DNA of 63,965 nt, counting the filler, from an uncultured bacterium (GTDB taxonomy: Bacteria > Hinthialibacterota > Hinthialibacteria > Hinthialibacterales > Hinthialibacteraceae): the NCBI GenBank assembly GCA_964449065.1. It is 3 parts of 3 records of this genome, joined end to end, with 100 filler letters (N's around TTAATTAATTAA, not from the genome) between each part and the next. Parts side by side here need not be neighbours in the genome. Positions count along the whole stretch, not along the records: positions 1 to 25,254 come from CAYVAZ010000026.1; 2 more parts are not named here. The stretch is one strand, 5' to 3'. A program made the position numbers and the translations under genes. Below are positions 1 to 9,371 of the stretch, one piece after another. Under the pieces are notes generated by a model. The model saw only the letters and a program-made list of their open reading frames with translations, was not told where the DNA came from and did no database searches. Position 1 is the stretch's first letter. Each line of letters opens with the position of its first letter.

Positions 1-71
1 CCCCTAGCCCCCCTTAACAAGGGGGGAACAACGGATAGCCAGCCGTCATTCTTTGATTGACAGAGTACTAG
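1..71. repeat. Palindromic intergenic repeat family B (CCCCTAGCCCCCCTTAACAAGGGGGG...ACTAG), copy 1, cut by the window start
   Basis: Near-identical to 59519-59590; contains the hairpin CCCCCCTT-AAC-AAGGGGGG. Confidence 0.85.
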
Positions 72-160
72 TGTTGCAGTGTCTTGTTTCTAGTATTTTG
101 AATTCATAACGAGTAAAAAAAACTATAGTCAGTCAAAAATGCGTTCTGATTTAATCGAAC

Positions 161-194
161 GGTACTTTCTGCCCGGCGGGAGCTTCCCCCTCCC
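161..194 (+). repeat. REP-like repeat family A, degenerate copy
   Basis: GCCCGGCGGGAGCTTCCCCCTCCC resembles CGGCTCGGCGGGAGCCTCGCCCTCCC, found five more times in the window. Confidence 0.65.
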
Positions 195-246
195 AAAACG
201 AACATACTTTTGGCAACGACTCTAAATAACCAGGGAACGAAAAACT

Positions 247-591
247 ATGCCAACTATTGAAATCTTTGACAACGCCTATCCCAACCGGGATTACCTCATC
301 GTGCATGAATGCCCGGAATTCACCTCGATGTGCCCCAAAACCGGCCATCCCGATTTCGGCACTATCCGCATTTCGTATACCCCGGATCAAAAGTGCATCG
401 AACTGAAGTCGCTCAAGTTTTACATCCATGCCTACCGCAACGAAGGCATTTTTTATGAGATGGTGGTGAACAAAATCCTCGATGATTTGGTGGAGGCCTG
501 CCGGCCGCGCTGGATGAAAATCGAGGGCGAATTCAATACACGCGGCGGCATCCGTTCGGTTGTCACGGCGGAATACCGCCGGCAAAAATAA
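247..591 (+). CDS. queF: NADPH-dependent 7-cyano-7-deazaguanine (preQ0) reductase, type I
   Basis: EFTSMCPKTGHPDF catalytic Cys/Asp motif, ELKSLKFY QueF motif, FNTRGGI C-terminus. Confidence 0.95.
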   Translation: MPTIEIFDNAYPNRDYLIVHECPEFTSMCPKTGHPDFGTIRISYTPDQKCIELKSLKFYIHAYRNEGIFYEMVVNKILDDLVEACRPRWMKIEGEFNTRGGIRSVVTAEYRRQK

Positions 592-595
592 CGGC

Positions 596-1789
596 TTACC
601 CCGGTTTTTGATCCGTTACTTTGATGGAAGCTTCGACATCCAAATCCAGATTCATAGTTACGGTAATGTTGTCTTTCTGCCCTTCCATTACTCCGGAAAC
701 ATTGATGAACTCTTTGTTGTAAAAAATCTTGTTCTCTTTCAGATTAAAATAGGTAATTGTGTTGTGGCTTAAGTTTAACCGCTTCGCTTTGATGATTCCA
801 CCGCCTTCAAAGGGAGAGTGCTCTATATTCGCGGCGAACTGATCCAGCACAAACTCGGCCGATTCAAAATCCAAATCCGCGCTCAAAATCGCCACTGGAT
901 CGCCATCCATTGCCACGACATCCAACAAGGTGATGTCCAAATCCACCCGGCTGAACTCTCCGGTATCGTCATCCACGTGCTGGCGGTTTTTTTTCCAGGA
1001 ATCTCCCACCGCCACCGGTTTATCCGGCATCATAAAAAATAAATCCCGGCTGATATCCTGCATGAATTCGGTTGGGGAATCAAAAATATGTTCCGGGTCA
1101 TAACTTTGATCCATGCCTTCGACTTCTCCGTTTGATTTCACGCGGATGGTTTCGGTTTCTTCTTTTTTCCCCAGCATCCACGAAGGGATGCTGAATTTTC
1201 GGTTGTTGACAAAAAAAGTTAGACCCAATTTATCATTATGGATCTTCATTGACGCGGTTCCGTCGTGGTCTACGTGAGTGATATAGGATGAATGCAAAAT
1301 ATTCACCAAAAATGACATGAGATACCGGTTTTCTTTCCGTTCTTGATTGTGAAGATGAAAGGTGAAGGTGGCATCGACGATGGTGTATTCCAACTGTTTG
1401 CTTTTAAATTGCGGTTTTAGTTCATACTTTTCATCCGGCTCGGCAATGCTTTTGTATCCAAAGGTGAAGGAGCCTTCTTTCTTGGGTTTGGGTTTAAACG
1501 TTTTCGGAAACAGGTATTTTTGGTATTCCAAGTTGTTGGGGCCGTAGATGCGGATAAACTCATTATCTTCCACGGGCGTTTCATCCAGAATCTCGATTGA
1601 ATCCAACGCGCGGATGGTGAGCCCGGTTTTGGTCATAATTACGATGGTGTGGCTGTCTTTTTTCACAATCGCGCCTTCGAGCGCGGCGTGTTCCGCGGGC
1701 ATGTTTTTGAGGTGAAATTTGGACGCGCCGGACGGAAGTGAGTGGATGAACGCTGCGCAGAACGCGAAAAGAAGAACAAATAGACGCAT
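596..1789 (-). CDS. Exported hypothetical protein
   Basis: Long ORF; likely start MRLFVLLFAFC at 1789 after GAGGG; signal-peptide-like N-terminus; PDKPVAVGDSW segment. Confidence 0.7.
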   Translation of the reverse strand: MRLFVLLFAFCAAFIHSLPSGASKFHLKNMPAEHAALEGAIVKKDSHTIVIMTKTGLTIRALDSIEILDETPVEDNEFIRIYGPNNLEYQKYLFPKTFKPKPKKEGSFTFGYKSIAEPDEKYELKPQFKSKQLEYTIVDATFTFHLHNQERKENRYLMSFLVNILHSSYITHVDHDGTASMKIHNDKLGLTFFVNNRKFSIPSWMLGKKEETETIRVKSNGEVEGMDQSYDPEHIFDSPTEFMQDISRDLFFMMPDKPVAVGDSWKKNRQHVDDDTGEFSRVDLDITLLDVVAMDGDPVAILSADLDFESAEFVLDQFAANIEHSPFEGGGIIKAKRLNLSHNTITYFNLKENKIFYNKEFINVSGVMEGQKDNITVTMNLDLDVEASIKVTDQKPG

Positions 1790-1869
1790 TGCTTTTCCCT
1801 CAAGTGAATTGTCTTTATAATGCCTAAACCTAAACAAAAGTCAATAAAGAAAGAAAGGATCCAAATCGT

Positions 1870-2478
1870 ATGAACAATTGGTGGGCGTGGATTTTGTGTG
1901 TTGGTGCCGGAGTCGTTTCCGGATGTGGTACGCCGCAAATACAGCCGAAGAGCAGATCCGGAATGGATCAACTGATGTCGTCGCTTTCTCTACAAAACGC
2001 GTTAAATGAATTGGAAATCGAACAGATCGTGGCGGAGAAACAGGTATCGTTTTTGGTAACCGGCCATAGTGAAGAAATAGACTACCTGGCAGAAATTATC
2101 CCAGCATATCTCCACAAATGGAACGCGACGCATGTACAAGAAAACCCGGATATTCATCTCACGTTTATCATCGATGCTTCCGGTAGCGATACGGCAAAAG
2201 GAGGCTTAGCTCTCCCCATTCCTCTCCCTTCCATCACGACAGGAATCACCATCACGCAAATTGATATCGGCACGGTGACCGAACAGTGGAATACAAACCG
2301 CTTGTGGGTCTATGCCGCAAACCATGAAGGACAAGTGGTTTATTCATCTGATCCGGCATACGACTCGTTATGGATTAAAAACTTCAACTTATTCGGATTA
2401 AGCGTCGGCCGGGTAAAAAATTTTGATGAAGATCAAAAAATAATAACCGCACCGGATGAAAACGCACGGGAACCATAA
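1870..2478 (+). CDS. Putative lipoprotein, unknown function
   Basis: Hydrophobic N-terminus ending in lipobox-like VSGC; 202-aa ORF. Confidence 0.65.
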   Translation: MNNWWAWILCVGAGVVSGCGTPQIQPKSRSGMDQLMSSLSLQNALNELEIEQIVAEKQVSFLVTGHSEEIDYLAEIIPAYLHKWNATHVQENPDIHLTFIIDASGSDTAKGGLALPIPLPSITTGITITQIDIGTVTEQWNTNRLWVYAANHEGQVVYSSDPAYDSLWIKNFNLFGLSVGRVKNFDEDQKIITAPDENAREP

Positions 2479-2574
2479 TGGAACGGCCTTTCAGCATATA
2501 CTCTACATTTAAAGACAGGTAACAGGTCAGCGATATGAAGTGCATTTTCAAAAAACCGAATCGATTTTCTCATT

Positions 2575-2664
2575 CCTCCCCCAATGCAATGGGGGAGGCT
2601 AGGTGGGGGTTAAACGCTCAGTGCTTCAAACCCTCCCCTAACCTCTCCCACCTTTGGGAGGGGA
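2575..2664. repeat. Paired palindromic repeat, family C-like (CCTCCCCC..GGGGGAGG..GGTGGGG / CCCTCCCCTAACCTCTCCC..GGGAGGGG)
   Basis: Two GC-rich hairpin modules in inverted arrangement between convergent genes. Confidence 0.6.
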
Positions 2665-2733
2665 AATTTCTCTTCAAGCGGCTGACCTATTACAGAGACA
2701 GCAATATAGTTCATGCTATCAATTATCTCAAAC

Positions 2734-4668
2734 TTATTTTAAATTGAATTTAAAAACCGTCACACTAATTGGTGACACACTCACTTCACCCGCGTTCCAC
2801 ATGACCGGGCGTTCTTCAATGGTTACGGCCGGGGGGGCGCCCGGTTCGTTGTGCGCCATTTTATCCGGCCCGGTGATTTCATACAGTTGGCCGACATCCT
2901 GAAACTTTGCGCCTTTTACGTTGAGGTTGAGATACTGCTGTTTCTGTGTTGGATTCACGATTCCGATGGTAATCGTATCGCGGTCCGGGGTTAACGCCGC
3001 CGCGATATCCAGCGGTTTGGGCACATCCGTCACCCGCATGGGGATTTCACCGAAGTGCCGACGGTAGAGTTGCAAGACCAAGCCGGTGGTTTCCATTTGC
3101 GCGTCGGTCTTGCTTGTTTTGATGGCGCCGATTACGTTCACGGTTTGCGCGTAATTCGCCATAAAGAAGATATCGCTGTTTCTATAGTATTCATGCAATC
3201 CGGCAGCAATGCCCAACCCATCCTGCAAGTGATATTGGCAGCCGAGCTCACCATAAATGTATTGGCCGTACCAGTGGTTCCATTCATCCATCGCGACGCG
3301 GATGTCTTTCCCTGCCAAACCGTCTATCTCCTTGCGGTATTCGCGGTGCGCGTCTGCCACGTTTTTGATGGCGTTGGGAATCAGGCCGACATGCTTGGCC
3401 AAATTCGGCGCGGATTTTTGGTAAATATGTTCACTGAGTAAATCCATATGATCCGCGCTTACCTTCAGCATGGTTTCGCTCCACTCGCCCACACTACCGA
3501 CCGCGATGAGTTGTATGGAGGGGTCTTTCTCATACATAAGTTCGGCGCAGCGGTTGTGCTTTTTTACATATTCTTCCAGCGGCATGTGTCCCTTTTGCCA
3601 GTCGCCGTACATCTCATTGCCGACCGCCCACCAACGCACGGCAAAGGGTTCGGGATGACCGTTTTCCGCGCGCAGTTTCCCCATGGGGGTATCGATAGAA
3701 CCGTTGCAATACTCAACCTCTTCGGCAGCCAATTCCACCGAGCCTAAGCCTGTGTTAACCGCGATGAACGGTTCGGTATCAATCAGTTCACATAGCGTTA
3801 TGAATTCATGAATGCCGACATCATTATGCTCAATACCCGTCCAGGCAGGATTTTTTCTCGGCGGGCGTTTGTCGCGGTCGCCGATGCCGTCTTTCCAGTT
3901 GTAGTCGCTGACGAAGTTGCCGCCCGGCCAGCGGTATACGGGCGAATCCAGATCTTTCATCAATTGCAAGGTATCCGGGCGGAAGCCTTTGATGTTATCC
4001 GCGGGCATCAGCGATACCGTGCCGATTTGAAACTTGCCTTTACCATGCCCAACAATCCGCAAGCGCGCATCGGGAGTATCGGCATTGGAGCGAAACGTGA
4101 AAGGATGTTTGGTATATTCACCGGAAAGCGTATCAATCGTAAACGAATCGATCACGACTTCATTCGCTTTGACGAGATTAACTTTAATCGGGGCGGCGCT
4201 TTCAACTCCGGCGAGGATGACATAGCCTGAGTATTCCTTGCCTTTCAAGAGAGCCAACTCTCTTTGCTCAATCCCTGCCGGAGAGTTTTGCAGCGTAATC
4301 TCCGGAGTGTGCTCTCCAACATATGAATCATCCGTATTCATCCGCAAGGAGTCTTCCGGCCCGATGACTTTCCAGGGAGACGCGGTTAAAACGGGAAACT
4401 CTCCCCCGCCCCAGAAGCCGCCTTCTTCTTGAGTTCCCCAAGGGTCGTATTCATCGGTGACGGGATAGTAGAACTTGCGGTCTTCCAGCATCTCGGCCCA
4501 AATACCGCCGTAGATGCAGCGGCCCAAGTGCTCAATAAACTGGCCGTAGATGTATTTTGAGATGGGCTCCCCGGTTTGCAGCGTATGGATGGTGACAGGG
4601 TTGCCGCCCCAAACAAAGCATGGAAGCGTAAACAGGCTGATGATGAGAGAGAGTGTTTTGAGTTTCAT
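2734..4668 (-). CDS. Secreted alpha-L-arabinofuranosidase, GH51
   Basis: IYGQFIEHLGRCIYGGIW, RWPGGNF, VGNE (acid/base) and DEWN (nucleophile) motifs; signal peptide. Confidence 0.92.
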   Translation of the reverse strand: MKLKTLSLIISLFTLPCFVWGGNPVTIHTLQTGEPISKYIYGQFIEHLGRCIYGGIWAEMLEDRKFYYPVTDEYDPWGTQEEGGFWGGGEFPVLTASPWKVIGPEDSLRMNTDDSYVGEHTPEITLQNSPAGIEQRELALLKGKEYSGYVILAGVESAAPIKVNLVKANEVVIDSFTIDTLSGEYTKHPFTFRSNADTPDARLRIVGHGKGKFQIGTVSLMPADNIKGFRPDTLQLMKDLDSPVYRWPGGNFVSDYNWKDGIGDRDKRPPRKNPAWTGIEHNDVGIHEFITLCELIDTEPFIAVNTGLGSVELAAEEVEYCNGSIDTPMGKLRAENGHPEPFAVRWWAVGNEMYGDWQKGHMPLEEYVKKHNRCAELMYEKDPSIQLIAVGSVGEWSETMLKVSADHMDLLSEHIYQKSAPNLAKHVGLIPNAIKNVADAHREYRKEIDGLAGKDIRVAMDEWNHWYGQYIYGELGCQYHLQDGLGIAAGLHEYYRNSDIFFMANYAQTVNVIGAIKTSKTDAQMETTGLVLQLYRRHFGEIPMRVTDVPKPLDIAAALTPDRDTITIGIVNPTQKQQYLNLNVKGAKFQDVGQLYEITGPDKMAHNEPGAPPAVTIEERPVMWNAGEVSVSPISVTVFKFNLK

Positions 4669-4833
4669 TTTTGATTCCCCTATATTGATATGAGCAAAGA
4701 TAACGCGAAAAACAAATCACTCAAAGAGTCGCTATGAGGGTTTGGTTTGTTCCTGAAATTTTATTTTACGGGTTTTGATTTTTTATATTAAATATAGTAT
4801 TGTTGAACTATATTACCCCATATTTAAGGGTCG

Positions 4834-5041
4834 GGGTGGCAAGGGCAAGGCTGTTCGTCTGCCCTTGCGAAGAGAGAGATCACGATTCATGTGTGAGAAT
4901 GTTGATAAGAGCGTGCTGCTTAAAATGTCATGCGAAGTTTTCCTTTGAGTTAAGCGTAAGAAAAGGAACAGCGAATGACAATAGGCGGTGAGAAAATGAA
5001 AGATGATCGACAAGGGGAGAGAAAACTTCTCCTTGCCACCC
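4834..5041. repeat. REP-like repeat family D pair (GGGTGGCAAGGGCA..TGCCCTTGC / CCTTGCCACCC)
   Basis: Hairpin at 4834-4868 and inverted partner at 5031-5041; TGCCCTTGCCACCC recurs at 24771-24784. Confidence 0.55.
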
Positions 5042-5156
5042 GTCCAACCCCAGCATCCCCATCACGCTTGTAGTGCAAAACGGCGGTGAGAATATCAATT
5101 CCACCATTTTTGTGGATGACCTGTTTTTGAGCAGACGGTAAGGCTTTGCGTACTTC

Positions 5157-5182
5157 CGGCTCGGCGGGAGCCTCGCCCTCCC
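5157..5182 (+). repeat. REP-like repeat family A
   Basis: CGGCTCGGCGGGAGCCTCGCCCTCCC with GGCTC/GAGCC stem. Confidence 0.85.
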
Positions 5183-5256
5183 AAATACAAATGAGAAGGC
5201 ATAGGATGGGCAAGAATGTATCTTGCCCATTGGTATCATGTTCATGAGGGGCGTAA

Positions 5257-6144
5257 TTACGGCTTGGCCGCATGAATATACGACGAGCACAAGACATCCT
5301 CTATCTGCATATCCGGCAGCCATTCGCGGATAATTTCATGACTGTTGTCTTTCGGTTTGATCTCCACATTGGTAAAACCTACTTCCGCCAGCATGGTATT
5401 CAATTCATCCATCTGCAGTGCGCCTGACATGCATCCGCAATACAGGCTCATATCCTCTTTCAACTTCTCCGGGACCGGGGCCGTCGCCACAATGTCTGAT
5501 ATCGCTATCCGTCCGCCGGATTTCAACACGCGAAAACATTCGCGAAACACCTGCCGCTTGTTGGGGGATAAATTCACCACACAGTTCGAAATGATTACAT
5601 CCACCGTGTTGTCTGCCACCGGCAGGTTCTCAATCTCTCCCAGCCGGAACTCCACGTTTGTAAAACCATTTTCCGCCGCATTGTTCCGCGCTTTGGTAAT
5701 CATCGACGGGGTCATATCCACACCGATGGCGCGCCCGGTCTCGCCGATTTGCTTTGCGGAAAGGAATATATCGATTCCCGCACCGCTGCCCAAATCGACT
5801 ACCACTTCACCCGGCTTCATTTTTGCCGCTAAGATGGGATTTCCGCATCCCAATCCGTAGTTCGAGGCTTCGGGGATAACGGCCAAGTCTTCCTCGGTGT
5901 AGTCCAGTAGTTTTCCGTACCGCTTTTTGTCTGAAGCGGGTGTGTCTCCACAACAGCCGGGAGCGCAGGATTCTTCTTTTTCTTCGATTATACTGCCATA
6001 ATGGCTGCGCACTTGATCACGGATTCGGTCTTCGCTCACGGCGGTGTTCGTTGGACCGCTATCGTCGCAGCATCCCGAGCCTGGTGTACAGCATGATTCT
6101 TCTTGAACAGTTTCCTTATTCGTAGTGTTGATCGATTCTGTCAT
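5257..6144 (-). CDS. arsM: Arsenite S-adenosylmethionine methyltransferase
   Basis: GLGCGNP, VVDLGSGAGID SAM motif, IISNCVVNL, YCGC; Cys-rich N-terminus. Confidence 0.9.
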   Translation of the reverse strand: MTESINTTNKETVQEESCCTPGSGCCDDSGPTNTAVSEDRIRDQVRSHYGSIIEEKEESCAPGCCGDTPASDKKRYGKLLDYTEEDLAVIPEASNYGLGCGNPILAAKMKPGEVVVDLGSGAGIDIFLSAKQIGETGRAIGVDMTPSMITKARNNAAENGFTNVEFRLGEIENLPVADNTVDVIISNCVVNLSPNKRQVFRECFRVLKSGGRIAISDIVATAPVPEKLKEDMSLYCGCMSGALQMDELNTMLAEVGFTNVEIKPKDNSHEIIREWLPDMQIEDVLCSSYIHAAKP

Positions 6145-6209
6145 GTTAATTCCTCCATTTTTATCTAGTTATAGTTTATGATGTGAACGGTTCTATTCAA
6201 AATTTAACT

Positions 6210-6430
6210 CTAAATTATATCATCAATCTTTAGAAAAGAAGTAATCTCTTCAACATTTTTCAGATCAATCCAGCAATTTCCCCATACGTTCGCGGCAAAT
6301 CAAACCCACCCTCCGCAATTCCGTTATGTGGTGTGATACGGTAGACGGCGCCAGTCCGGAGCCTTCGCTTTATTTACCCACACACGCGCACGATACCGGG
6401 CCGCCCTGAATCGTTTGCCCGGGAAAACGA
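6210..6430 (-). pseudogene. arsR: Decayed ArsR/SmtB-family repressor
   Basis: Manual translation ..SCACVGK*SEGSGLAPSTVSHHITELRRVGLICRERMGK, frameshift, then CWIDLKNVEEITSFL; in-frame TAA at 6370-6372; no intact start found. Confidence 0.75.
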
Positions 6431-6460
6431 GGTCAATACATAATTTTGTGGATAGAGGGA

Positions 6461-7960
6461 TTAATTGATTAGTTTCAAACACGCCATTTGATTGTGATTA
6501 CGCACCAACAAATAGCCGTCCGAAAGCGCGGGGAAATTCCAGGTTTTGCCCTGAAGAACTTCCATCCGGGCGATTTCCTTGTGTTCTTCGGGTGTAGCCT
6601 TCACCAACACCACATCCCCGGTTTCCGTCAGGATGATGATGTGCCCGTCGGCAAAGGCGATTTGTCCGTGCCCGTAGCGGCCGCCTTTCCAAACACGGTT
6701 GCCTTCCATGTCGAGGCATACCATGATGGATTCATCCAATCCGTAAATGTGGTCTTCAAAATAGATGGGGCTGGAAAAGCGGTTTTTCATGTTGCGGTTG
6801 TGCCACAACTTTTCGGTCTTGTATTCATCCCCTTCTTTAACCACTTTGAACAGATCGCAGCCATAGCCGTAACCCGATGACGCGAACACCATATCCCCGC
6901 CAAGTACAATCGGCTGGCCGATTTTGTGATCGATCCCCGGTTTGGTCTCGTAGTAGTAACTCCACAACAGGGCACCGTCTTTTGGAGAAAGCCCCACCAC
7001 CCGTTCCTGCGAGGTATAGATGATTTGCTCTTCACCCAGGATTGTTCCCAAAAACGGTGACGAATATTTGATTTGATCGCCCAGCGTGCCCCACTTCTTT
7101 TCGCCGGTAACTTTGTCATACGCAACCATCATTTGTTGGTTTGTCCCGCCGGGAACCGTGATGACAAGATCGTTCACAATCAACGGAGAAGCCGAGATTC
7201 CCCAGGTGATGGTTTTCCCGTCGTTGTCTTCCAGAATGTTGACATCCCATATCTTTTCACCGGTATCGGCGCTGAGGCAGACCAAATGCCCGATGGCTCC
7301 CATCGCGTAAACTTTGCCGTCATCCCAAACCGGAGTGGCACGGGGTCCGTCGCCGCCCATGGCTTCTTGAAAGAAGGCCGGCCAACTGTGGTTCCATAAC
7401 TCGTTGCCGTTGGTGATGTCATAGGCGGCCACCACTTCTTCATCACGCCGCTGCTCAATGGTGTAAGCGACGCCTTTGGCGATGGTGAACGAAGCATATC
7501 CGCCGCCGCAGGGCTGCTGCCAGACGAGTTCCCAAGGGTCTTCATCCACATTGGCGCGGATCGGCGTTTGATCGTACTTGCCGTCAAAATTCGGGCCCCA
7601 GAAGTTCGTCCAGTAGGTGGTTTCGAGAGCATTGGCTTTGGATGCGAGGGCAATATCGATGTTTTGATCGGCGCGGGTTTCCTCAATTTTTTGGTAGTGC
7701 GATTCGGTGCCGCCGCGTTTGATGAAGAATTCAAAGTCCATTACATCGCCACTGAATTCAAGGTATCCGCTGGAGGCCAGAAAAAAGACGGTGACAAAGA
7801 AATGGATCACGCCCACCACGAGGATGGGGATGGTGGAAAGCGCGCGCCAGAGGATTTTGGATTCTTTCCGCATCCACAAAAGCACCAGTCCTAAAACCGG
7901 CAAGAGGATGGAAGCGGCAATGATCGTGATAATGCGGCGGTACCAGGGGATGGGAAGCAT
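6461..7960 (-). CDS. Membrane-anchored PQQ-like beta-propeller protein (BamB-like repeats)
   Basis: Two N-terminal TM segments; GGGYAS, GPRATP, TGEKIW, ASPLI, TWNFPAL repeat motifs. Confidence 0.85.
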   Translation of the reverse strand: MLPIPWYRRIITIIAASILLPVLGLVLLWMRKESKILWRALSTIPILVVGVIHFFVTVFFLASSGYLEFSGDVMDFEFFIKRGGTESHYQKIEETRADQNIDIALASKANALETTYWTNFWGPNFDGKYDQTPIRANVDEDPWELVWQQPCGGGYASFTIAKGVAYTIEQRRDEEVVAAYDITNGNELWNHSWPAFFQEAMGGDGPRATPVWDDGKVYAMGAIGHLVCLSADTGEKIWDVNILEDNDGKTITWGISASPLIVNDLVITVPGGTNQQMMVAYDKVTGEKKWGTLGDQIKYSSPFLGTILGEEQIIYTSQERVVGLSPKDGALLWSYYYETKPGIDHKIGQPIVLGGDMVFASSGYGYGCDLFKVVKEGDEYKTEKLWHNRNMKNRFSSPIYFEDHIYGLDESIMVCLDMEGNRVWKGGRYGHGQIAFADGHIIILTETGDVVLVKATPEEHKEIARMEVLQGKTWNFPALSDGYLLVRNHNQMACLKLIN

Positions 7961-8139
7961 TAGTATTGTATCCTTGTTAGAATTGATAGGATAACTTTAC
8001 AGTGAAATGTTCCATCTAGCCAGAGTAGTGCCGGGTCTTCCTTTGCATGTTTTGCAATATCAGTTCGCATTTTCTTTGCGATATGGCAATCACTCTTCCG
8101 AATGATTGCAGTGCCGGCAACGGAAGTAATTGGTGTGGG

Positions 8140-8333
8140 AAAGGGGTTCATTGCATGGACCGCTTTTGCGCATTGCTCTGTACTATCGGTAGAGCCGTCA
8201 TTCACCCATAACGCTTCATATTGCCAGCCGGATGGGGACAACACCGCATCAATCTCCTGCGCCAGGGGTCGATGTTGCCTGCCTCGTTGTGAAACGGGAT
8301 GACTATGGAAAGCTGTAGTTTTTCTGCAAGCAT
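8140..8333 (-). pseudogene. N-terminal fragment of a GT2 glycosyltransferase (DPM1/ArnC-like), frameshifted and truncated
   Basis: MLAEKLQLSIVIPFHNEAGNIDP, frameshift, LAQEIDAVLSPSGWQYEALWVNDGSTDST; no recognisable GT2 sequence after that. Confidence 0.8.
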
Positions 8334-8653
8334 AAGATTATCTACTATCAAATGTCAATATGACTTCTCCTTTATTATTCCTCTAAGTTTTGAATATCTT
8401 TATACTCGAATACAGTCTTAAATATAACGGATTCATTATCTTTATATGCCATCACTAGTGTCTGGTTATTACTCCTTGAATTTACAGGGGTTAGTAAACT
8501 AAGAACGGGAAAAAGTGTAAATTGCACATAAAAACACCTGGAAAATAGGCGTTTTTTGAATAGTAGTCGATCGTAGTCCTAGGAGAAAAGTGTAGAATAT
8601 TACATTTTATCTTAGTCAATTCACTCGTTGTATCCTTGGCGATCCTTATTATT

Positions 8654-9075
8654 CTAAACCTTCAAATAATGGAAATCGTTTTTTTTCCAAAATCATACGA
8701 TCCCTGATCTCTGATTCGGAAAACAACTGATCAATCGGTCGCTTTTCGAACGGAGTTACACTCAATATTTGAAGAATGATATACATACTCTGATCGAAGT
8801 TTCATTGTTTTCACAGGATTGCCACTAAGACATACACGGATATTGCGATCCAGATTTGTGTCTTCAGCGCGTTCTCCGAGGTCCCATAAAATGACTTGAT
8901 CCGTAGATGCTGCTTGATCCATTTGAAAAACAATTCTACCTGCCAGCGGCATCGAAAATATCCGCGATGGCTAATGCCGGAACCTCAAAATTGTTCGTCA
9001 GATAATCGAACCTCCTCTGTTTCTCCTTGTCATAATATCCCACACGGCGCAGATGATCGGGATAATCCTTCGCCT
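8654..9075 (-). mobile_element. IS4-family DDE transposase C-terminal remnant (frameshift and stop codons)
   Basis: YPDHLRRVGYYD..FDYLTNNF, then in a shifted frame RCRWQVELFFKWIKQHLRIKSFYGTSENALKTQIWIA, the IS4 Y..RW.IE..F..K signature. Confidence 0.85.
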
Positions 9076-9226
9076 CATACGCCGAAAGGATCGTATCGAA
9101 ATCATCCCCGGCAGCGAGAATTCCTAAAATATGTTCAACCGCTAACCGCTTCCAGCGAATAATGGGTTTGCCGTTGAAGATTTCAGGATTATAGGTTATT
9201 CGTTTTAGCAAATCATGTTCGTTCAT
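9076..9226 (-). pseudogene. DUF433-family (putative antitoxin) N-terminal part, fused to the IS4 remnant
   Basis: RITYNPEIFNGKPIIR..RLAVEHILGILAAGD...IL..Y matches the DUF433 pattern; normal C-terminal helix missing. Confidence 0.75.
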
Positions 9227-9371
9227 GAGTGCATTCCTTATCGTTTTATAGCAGATTTTCTCTTTTGTGAATAAAGGATAATCGTTGAAATCGTGATCAC
9301 GATTATTTTCAGAATCCAGTAATCGAAGTATGATTAATTCCGTGTAGATAAAAATATTTTAGGAGCAGATT

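Noticed and set aside
120..246. preQ1 riboswitch upstream of queF
   Set aside because: No recognisable preQ1 consensus; the region is occupied by repeat-derived sequence.
4950..5297. Small ORFs containing WEGEAPAEP (also 151-585 and 25299-25517)
   Set aside because: They are translations of repeat family A, not a protein family.
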